Shown piece after piece: positions 58,091 through 64,000 of a stretch of 64,000 nt of DNA. Numbering within the stretch: the first letter of the stretch is position 1; every line of letters begins with the position of its first letter. This DNA comes from Candidatus Methylomirabilales bacterium (lineage in GTDB: Bacteria > Methylomirabilota > Methylomirabilia > Methylomirabilales > CSP1-5): positions 6,273-70,272 of the forward strand of contig JBHIAH010000005.1 in assembly GCA_046758505.1 (NCBI GenBank). Direction: 5' to 3'. The notes under the pieces are model-generated. The model had not been told where the DNA came from. It was given only the letters and a program-made list of their open reading frames with translations, and ran no database searches. The translations under genes were made by a program, and so were the position numbers.

Positions 58091-58621
58091 GTTGTTACCC
58101 GATCACGTCGCCCCGGAAGGCTCCTTATGGAAACAGGCCGGATGGGTGGCACCAGCCTCTCGATCCTCCCCGAGGCACGAAGGCCAAGGTGTACCCGTCT
58201 GTCAGTGCGTGGCGTCGGACCTTTCATGCTTGGGCCGAAGGGTTGGCAATTTCGTATTTGACACCTCCCCCGTGTCTACTCAACATCCAGGTACTCAAGC
58301 GCGCGACCCTTCGCCCTGCCTCTCGATCAGCCGGCATCTCCTGCGAGGCCTCATTATCAGGGGCGGGGGGGACGGAGTCGCCAGGCCCGTGAGCTGGGGT
58401 GATGCCGCCTCGGACAGTACCGAAACCGGTGCGAGCTCGAACGTGCGCTCTCGCGGTGGTTGTGGCAGTCTAACCGCTCCGTGCGCATAAGGGACGCCGG
58501 CCGGCGGACTCCCTTGGAAGCCCTGCACACATTACGGACCTCGGTGGCCCCCCAACCCAATTTCTCGGTGTGTCACCGGAGCGTGATAGCGTGACACGGT
58601 CGCACGGCAAACTGCGGGGGG

Positions 58622-58897
58622 CTAATCCGCCAGGATGAGACGGCCTCCCACCAAGGCGAGGACGAGGCCGAGGACCCAGAGCCAGGGGAAGCTCCCGACG
58701 TAGTACCAGGCAACAAAGGGATAGGCCGGCGCCGAGAGGGGGACCAGGGAGACGGCGAAGAGGGCCCCCATGATCCCGAAGATCTCGAGATACCCCGAGA
58801 CCATGAACCCGAAGACGACCGTCATGAGGACGACCCAGCTCGTCCCCAGGCAGAACCCCCAGAATCGCGGTCCCCGCTTTCGAAACGACTCGGCCAT
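58622..58897 (-). CDS. Small hypothetical membrane protein
   Basis: 91 aa, three hydrophobic segments, GAGGG RBS. Confidence 0.55.
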   Translation of the reverse strand: MAESFRKRGPRFWGFCLGTSWVVLMTVVFGFMVSGYLEIFGIMGALFAVSLVPLSAPAYPFVAWYYVGSFPWLWVLGLVLALVGGRLILAD

Positions 58898-58975
58898 GGC
58901 AGATCAACCCTCGATTCGGTAGCCCAGCATCGATCACGAGACCAGCACGGAGCATATAGCGAGACAGTCACCGCG

Positions 58976-59218
58976 TCAACGTACTGATCTTCCGGCTTTG
59001 GGGTCCGGCTGCCGTCCCCTCAGCCACATCTCCAACGCCTCTTCAAGACAGGCATCGAGGTCTCGCCCCTCAGCGGCGAGCAGGCGACTTACCTTTTTGA
59101 CCAGGGGGGCACTGAGGAAGACCGTGACCCGCTTCCGGGCACCCGACCGCCGATGTCGCCGCCCCCGCCTCACCTCACGCTTGGCCCGCGGCGTCGGTCT
59201 TCTTATTACTTTTACCAT
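58976..59218 (-). CDS. Small basic ribbon-helix-helix-like protein
   Basis: KRVTVFLSAPLVKKV...GRDLDACLEEALEMWL strand-helix-helix pattern; AAGGA RBS. Confidence 0.5.
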   Translation of the reverse strand: MVKVIRRPTPRAKREVRRGRRHRRSGARKRVTVFLSAPLVKKVSRLLAAEGRDLDACLEEALEMWLRGRQPDPKAGRSVR

Positions 59219-59278
59219 GTCCTTCGCACTCCCCCTCCTCCACCACGAGACAAGACCAACCGATGTCGCCAATTGCGA

Positions 59279-59467
59279 ACCGGCGAGGGGAGCAACCTGA
59301 GGAAGGCGGAACCTGGTTTGCGTCCGGCCGGGGTCCCGCCGCCGGAGCGCAGTGCAGGCGGGGGTGGCCGCCCTGATGCTGCATGACCCGCCTGGCGCGT
59401 AATGGATGACTTCCGCTACGGCACCCCATGGAATTTTCCGCCGACGAAGGATGTCTCCCGAGCCGGT
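59279..59467. repeat. ~190-nt structured dispersed element, copy 2
   Basis: Outer stem ACCGGC/GCCGGT, GGGAG/CTCCC, CCT/AGG, GGCGGAA/TTCCGCC; core shared with 46211-46267. Confidence 0.8.
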
Positions 59468-59501
59468 GAGCCGAGAGGCGACAGGACCCGTTGGCCCGGC
59501 A

Positions 59502-60380
59502 CTATGGGACCGTGGGGCGACCCGCGTCAATCCAGGCGCTGTACCAGAGGCTTCCGAGGTCCGTCGCCGCCTGCGCCATGCTGAGCTTCGCCAGCTTGCC
59601 GGCAAAGACGTGCAGGGCCGCGTAGTAGGCGTCCTCAAAGCCCCGCACCCCCCGGCGCGCCAGCGTATCGGCGCGCAGGACGTTATCCACCCAGACATAG
59701 CTGTCAATGAGAAAGTCGAAGGTGAAGGCGATTGGATCGCCGGCCCGCTGGGCCGGCTGGGTGAACGCGGCCAGATCGTGGTATTGCGCCAGGTGCCGGC
59801 GGATCATCTCGTCCTCAAAGCGCTTGTGAATCCCCCGGTTGCCGGTCAACTGGCCGTCATAGTTTGTCGTGGTGTGCAGCGGCTGGTGCCCGTCGGCCAC
59901 ATAGTGGCCGAGGCGGGCCGCCACGAGCGGCACGCGGCTCCAGTCCGGGGTCCGCATGGCCCGCACCAGTTCCCGATACAGCTCGGCAATCCGCCACGGC
60001 AACAGCCCGGCCTCCTCCAGCCGCTCCCGACCGTATTTGGCTAGGGCCTGCTTGTAGTTCCGGGGAATCTCGCGGAAGGGAAAGCGGTCGAGCTCGTCCA
60101 GGTCGAACCAGTGCCGGATCCGCTCCGCTTCCCCCTCCCGAGCGGTCAGGACCGTATCGGGATCCCTGCCGTGCTCGCCGATGTAGGCCTGGTGTTTCAT
60201 GAAAAAGCGCCGGAGCGGCCCCGGCAGCGTCGTGCAGGCTGAGCGGTTGATGAGGACGTGCGCCTCAAGGCCCCACCCGTGCGCCGGCACCGGCCACGAG
60301 AGCCCGAGGACCCCCATCAGCGCGAGCGCGCACCCCACCCGGCCCCCTCGCGCCCCACCCCGATGTCCGGTGAGCATCAT
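59502..60380 (-). CDS. Exported S1/P1 nuclease or Zn-dependent phospholipase C family protein
   Basis: Signal peptide ending AHG|WGLEAH; HWFD; HYVADGHQPLH; GIHKRFE; start uncertain. Confidence 0.8.
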   Translation of the reverse strand: MMLTGHRGGARGGRVGCALALMGVLGLSWPVPAHGWGLEAHVLINRSACTTLPGPLRRFFMKHQAYIGEHGRDPDTVLTAREGEAERIRHWFDLDELDRFPFREIPRNYKQALAKYGRERLEEAGLLPWRIAELYRELVRAMRTPDWSRVPLVAARLGHYVADGHQPLHTTTNYDGQLTGNRGIHKRFEDEMIRRHLAQYHDLAAFTQPAQRAGDPIAFTFDFLIDSYVWVDNVLRADTLARRGVRGFEDAYYAALHVFAGKLAKLSMAQAATDLGSLWYSAWIDAGRPTVP

Positions 60381-60461
60381 AGCGAGACTGTGCCATAGCG
60401 ACCGGAACATTCCAACAGAAAACGCACCTGAATCTCTGCCGGGTGGAAGTCCAACTCGTCG

Positions 60462-60477
60462 TGGCACGGGGATTGCT
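60462..60477 (+). promoter_or_regulatory. Sigma54 (-24/-12) promoter
   Basis: TGGCAC-GGGGA-TTGCT, exact consensus spacing, about 60 nt upstream of the lipoprotein ORF. Confidence 0.65.
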
Positions 60478-60535
60478 CATTCCTGGTTCTACCAGCGCCA
60501 TGATCGAGAAAAATCGGGGGAAAGGGGGCAAAGTT

Positions 60536-61063
60536 ATGATGCGCATACGGGACCTCGCTTCGATCATCGTGGGCGGGGTGGGCCTGTTCGTCGTCGGGTG
60601 TTCGCAGCCGTCAACGCAGGTTACCGAGCTGACGCGCTTCCCCCTCGACGACCTGAAGGGGATCATCACCCGGTCGAACGTGGCATTCGATCGCCAGATC
60701 TCAAGCGATGGCAACGGTTCCCTCCGGATCAGTGTCACCCAGCCCACCGTCGTCCGCTTATTCGAAGTCGGCGATTTGGATATCGAAAATGCCCGGCTCA
60801 TCTACCGGGCAAGGGTTCGCACCGAGGGCGTCGAGGGCCAGGTGTACCTCGAGATGTGGTGTCAATTCCCCGGGAAAGGGGAGTTCTTCTCGCGCGGCCT
60901 GCAGACGCCTCTCACCGGAACCACGGACTGGACCACTGAGGAGACGCCCTTCTTTCTAAAGAAAGGGGAGAATCCGGACATCATCAAGCTGAATCTGGTT
61001 ATCGACGGATCCGGCACGGCATGGATTGATGACATTCGACTGCTGAAAGGACCACTGCCTTAG
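60536..61063 (+). CDS. Hypothetical lipoprotein (beta-rich, CBM-like pattern)
   Basis: Lipobox VVGC; GNGSLRI, GTTDW, GTAWIDDIRL. Confidence 0.7.
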   Translation: MMRIRDLASIIVGGVGLFVVGCSQPSTQVTELTRFPLDDLKGIITRSNVAFDRQISSDGNGSLRISVTQPTVVRLFEVGDLDIENARLIYRARVRTEGVEGQVYLEMWCQFPGKGEFFSRGLQTPLTGTTDWTTEETPFFLKKGENPDIIKLNLVIDGSGTAWIDDIRLLKGPLP

Positions 61064-61135
61064 CACGTGGGACCGTGATCGGTGTGTCCGTCCGGACGGA
61101 ACCAGTGGCGCATCCGGTCCACTTCCCGTAACTCC

Positions 61136-61164
61136 TTGACAGAACGACCCTTTTTGATTATTAT
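61136..61164 (+). promoter_or_regulatory. Sigma70-type promoter for acnA
   Basis: TTGACA-N17-TATTAT. Confidence 0.6.
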
Positions 61165-61402
61165 ACGTATGGAGTATGGGAGGGTTTCGGCACGGCTGCT
61201 CCCCACCGATCATCGTGAGAGCATTGATCGCCTCCGGATGCCCGGCGGGCCCTCGCCCCCGGGTATTTGTCATTTTATGACTGTAAAGGAGTCGCCATTC
61301 TCTGCTTGGCTGTGTCGCCCCCGTCCTTATAACACGACAATCCTGATGTGATCAGCGGCGCACGATCCGGAACAGTCCACTTGCCAAGAGGGGAGACAGA
61401 CG

Positions 61403-64000
61403 ATGACCAAGAGGATTACGGACCCGCTGGGCGCCCGCGCCTCACTCGACACGGAAAGTGGGAGCGCCATCATTTATCATCTCGATCGCCTGGAGAAGGC
61501 GGGTCTGGGCTCGATCTCGCGGCTGCCGTTCTCGATTAAGGTACTGCTGGAAGCAGTGCTCCGGCACTGCGATGGAACAATGGTCCGTGACGAGGATGTC
61601 GCCGCCCTGGCCGGCTGGCAGGCGGGGAACCCGACCCACCGTGAGGTGCCGTTCAAACCCGCCCGCGTGATTCTCCAGGACTTCACCGGAGTGCCATCGG
61701 TGGTGGACCTCGCCGCCATGCGCTCGGCGATGAAGCGGCTGGGTGGCGACCCCGCCCGGATCAACCCCGCGGTTCCCGTGGACCTGGTGATCGACCACTC
61801 CGTCCAGGTGGATGTCTTCGGGTCGCCGATCGCCCTGGAGCGAAACGCCGAGATCGAGTTCGCGCGGAACCGTGAACGATACGAGTTTCTCCGCTGGGGA
61901 CAGCACGCCTTTGACAACTTCCGGGTCGTTCCGCCTGCCACCGGGATCGTGCACCAGGTCAACCTGGAATTTCTGGCCAAGGTCGTGCTCGCCCGCACGG
62001 AGGGGGATGACGTCCTGCTCTTCCCCGACACGCTCGTCGGTACCGATTCCCACACCACCATGATCAACGGGCTCGGGGTGCTCGGCTGGGGTGTCGGGGG
62101 CATCGAGGCCGAGGCGGTCATGCTGGGGCAACCCCTCTACTTCGTCACCCCGAAGGTGGTCGGCTTCAAGCTGCACGGCCGGTTGCCAGAAGGGGTCACC
62201 GCCACGGACCTGGTCCTCACCGTCACCCAGATGCTCAGGAAGAAGGGGGTCGTGGACAAGTTCGTCGAGTTTTATGGAAGCGGCCTGTCCCAGATGGCCC
62301 TTCCCGACCGGGCGACCGTCGCCAACATGGCGCCCGAGTACGGGGCCACCGTGGGGTTCTTCCCGGTTGATGACGAGACGCTCCGATACCTCAGGCGGAC
62401 CGGACGCACCGATGAAGAGATCCGCAGGGTCGAACGCTACTGCAAGGAACAGGGGCTATTCCGCACAGACCGCACGCCGGACCCGGAGTTCACCGAGACG
62501 CTCGAGTTGGACCTCGGCACGGTCGAGCCAAGTCTCGCCGGACCCAAGCGCCCGCAGGACCGCGTCCCCCTCACCGCGATGAAAGAGCGCTTCCGCGCAT
62601 CCCTCACGGCGCCGGTCAAGGAGCGCGGGTTTGGGCTCTCGGCAGGCGAACTCTCTCGCGCAGCGGCCGTCCGCTTCAACGGGACCAAGGCAAGCTTGGG
62701 GCATGGATCAGTCGTGATCGCCGCCATCACCTCATGCACGAATACCTCGAACCCCTCAGTGATGCTGGGTGCAGGGTTGCTAGCCAGGCGGGCGGTCGAG
62801 CGGGGCCTCAAGGTTCCCCCGTATGTGAAGACCAGCCTGGCCCCAGGCTCCAAGGTAGTGACGGAGTACTTGCAAGCAGCCGGGCTCACTCCGTATCTGG
62901 CTGAGCTTGGCTTCCACCTGGTGGGCTACGGCTGCACCACCTGCATCGGCAATAGCGGTCCCCTCCCCCCCACGGTCGCCAAGGCGATAAGCGAGAACCA
63001 ATTGGTCGCCGCGGCAGTCCTGTCCGGAAACCGGAACTTCGAAGGGCGCATCCATCCGCTGGCGAAGGCCAACTACCTGGCCTCGCCGCCGCTGGTGGTG
63101 GCGTACGCCCTGGTCGGCACGGTCGACATTGACCTCACCCGCGAGCCCCTCGGCACGGATCGCCAGGGAGAGCCGATCTATCTCCGCGACATCTGGCCCA
63201 CGCAGGAAGAGATCGCCGAAACCATGGGCCAAGCCATTCAACCGGAGATGTTCCAGCGGATTTACGGCAACGTCTGGGAGGGGAATCCGACCTGGAACGC
63301 CATCCCCGTGGGTGTGGGCGAACTCTACGCGTGGAACGCGCAGTCCACCTACATTCAGGAACCGTCGTTCTTTACTGATCTCAAGCCCGAGCCGTCACCG
63401 ATCGGGAATATCCGTGGCGCGCGGGTGCTCGCCCTGCTGGGCGACTCGGTCACGACCGATCACATCTCGCCTGCCGGTGACATCCCGGTCGACGGCCCGG
63501 CCGGGCGTTACCTGATCGAGCGCGGCCTCGAAAAGAAGGATTTCAACTCCTTCGGCTCCCGCCGGGGCAACGATCGGGTGATGGTCCGCGGCACGTTCGC
63601 CAACATCCGGCTCAAGAACCGGCTCGTCCCCGGAACCGAAGGCGGTGTCACCGTCCACTTTCCCGACGGTCAGCGCATGTCGATCTATGACGCGGCCATG
63701 CGGTACCAGGCAGAGGGCGTGCCGCTCGTGGTCGTTGCGGGGAAAGAGTATGGCAGCGGCTCGTCGCGCGACTGGGCGGCCAAGGGGACGCTGCTGCTCG
63801 GGGTGAAGGCGGTGCTCGCAGAGAGCTACGAGCGTATCCACCGGAGCAACCTGGTCGGCATGGGGGTGCTGCCGCTTCAATTCACACAGGGCGAGAATGC
63901 CGCCACACTCGGCCTCACCGGGCAAGAGGTCTTCGACATCACGGGCCTCAGCGACGATATCCAGCCGGAGCAGGGGGTGATCGTCACTGCGGTGCGGCCG
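61403..64000 (+). CDS. acnA: Aconitate hydratase A (3' truncated by window; absent from the ORF track because no stop is reached)
   Basis: MTKRITDP...[63 protein letters not shown]. Confidence 0.95.
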   Translation, partial: MTKRITDPLGARASLDTESGSAIIYHLDRLEKAGLGSISRLPFSIKVLLEAVLRHCDGTMVRDEDVAALAGWQAGNPTHREVPFKPARVILQDFTGVPSVVDLAAMRSAMKRLGGDPARINPAVPVDLVIDHSVQVDVFGSPIALERNAEIEFARNRERYEFLRWGQHAFDNFRVVPPATGIVHQVNLEFLAKVVLARTEGDDVLLFPDTLVGTDSHTTMINGLGVLGWGVGGIEAEAVMLGQPLYFVTPKVVGFKLHGRLPEGVTATDLVLTVTQMLRKKGVVDKFVEFYGSGLSQMALPDRATVANMAPEYGATVGFFPVDDETLRYLRRTGRTDEEIRRVERYCKEQGLFRTDRTPDPEFTETLELDLGTVEPSLAGPKRPQDRVPLTAMKERFRASLTAPVKERGFGLSAGELSRAAAVRFNGTKASLGHGSVVIAAITSCTNTSNPSVMLGAGLLARRAVERGLKVPPYVKTSLAPGSKVVTEYLQAAGLTPYLAELGFHLVGYGCTTCIGNSGPLPPTVAKAISENQLVAAAVLSGNRNFEGRIHPLAKANYLASPPLVVAYALVGTVDIDLTREPLGTDRQGEPIYLRDIWPTQEEIAETMGQAIQPEMFQRIYGNVWEGNPTWNAIPVGVGELYAWNAQSTYIQEPSFFTDLKPEPSPIGNIRGARVLALLGDSVTTDHISPAGDIPVDGPAGRYLIERGLEKKDFNSFGSRRGNDRVMVRGTFANIRLKNRLVPGTEGGVTVHFPDGQRMSIYDAAMRYQAEGVPLVVVAGKEYGSGSSRDWAAKGTLLLGVKAVLAESYERIHRSNLVGMGVLPLQFTQGENAATLGLTGQEVFDITGLSDDIQPEQGVIVTAVRP

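Noticed and set aside
58976..59707. 243-aa extension of the RHH-like ORF
   Set aside because: The upstream part overlaps the nuclease gene and reads through the structured repeat; the likely start is 59218
60380..60400. Minus-strand TGGCAC as a second sigma54 promoter; similar TGGCAC hits near 2733, 33453 and 44918
   Set aside because: The GC dinucleotide is absent or mis-spaced relative to GG

Overview
GC-rich bacterial chromosomal window; I cannot assign the taxon from sequence alone. It has three parts. (1) About 1-32,000, all on the + strand: a copper/heavy-metal-associated cluster. It contains a CopA P1B-ATPase with 2 YHS and 2 HMA domains, a cupredoxin, YHS proteins, DUF2933- and DUF5676-like membrane proteins and a CorE-like Cys-rich ECF sigma factor. 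Mixed in are quinone/isoprenoid-type enzymes (geranylgeranyl-reductase/methyltransferase fusion, epimerase-SPW-VKOR fusion, lycopene-cyclase-like, CrtC/AttH-like, ICMT-like), two proteases (HtrA, FtsH), a Rieske/cytochrome b-c/diheme c module with an atypical Rieske motif, and a YbhGFSR-like ABC exporter. (2) About 33,500-35,100: a decayed, integrase-less integron-like cassette array (hicAB, a low-GC ORF, a truncated ORF). (3) About 35,100-64,000: mostly - strand housekeeping genes (split MetE, bS22-like protein, peroxiredoxin, korAB, two orphan nuoB, iscA-type, iscS, pepP, gltB without gltD, moaA, gabD, DedA-PAP2, S1/P1 nuclease) and acnA running off the end. Non-coding highlights are inverted heptamer-repeat arrays, one inserted in-frame in copA, and a two-copy ~190-nt element whose outer stem covaries. 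I saw no rRNA, tRNA, CRISPR array or transposase. Product names come from motif recognition, not database searches.
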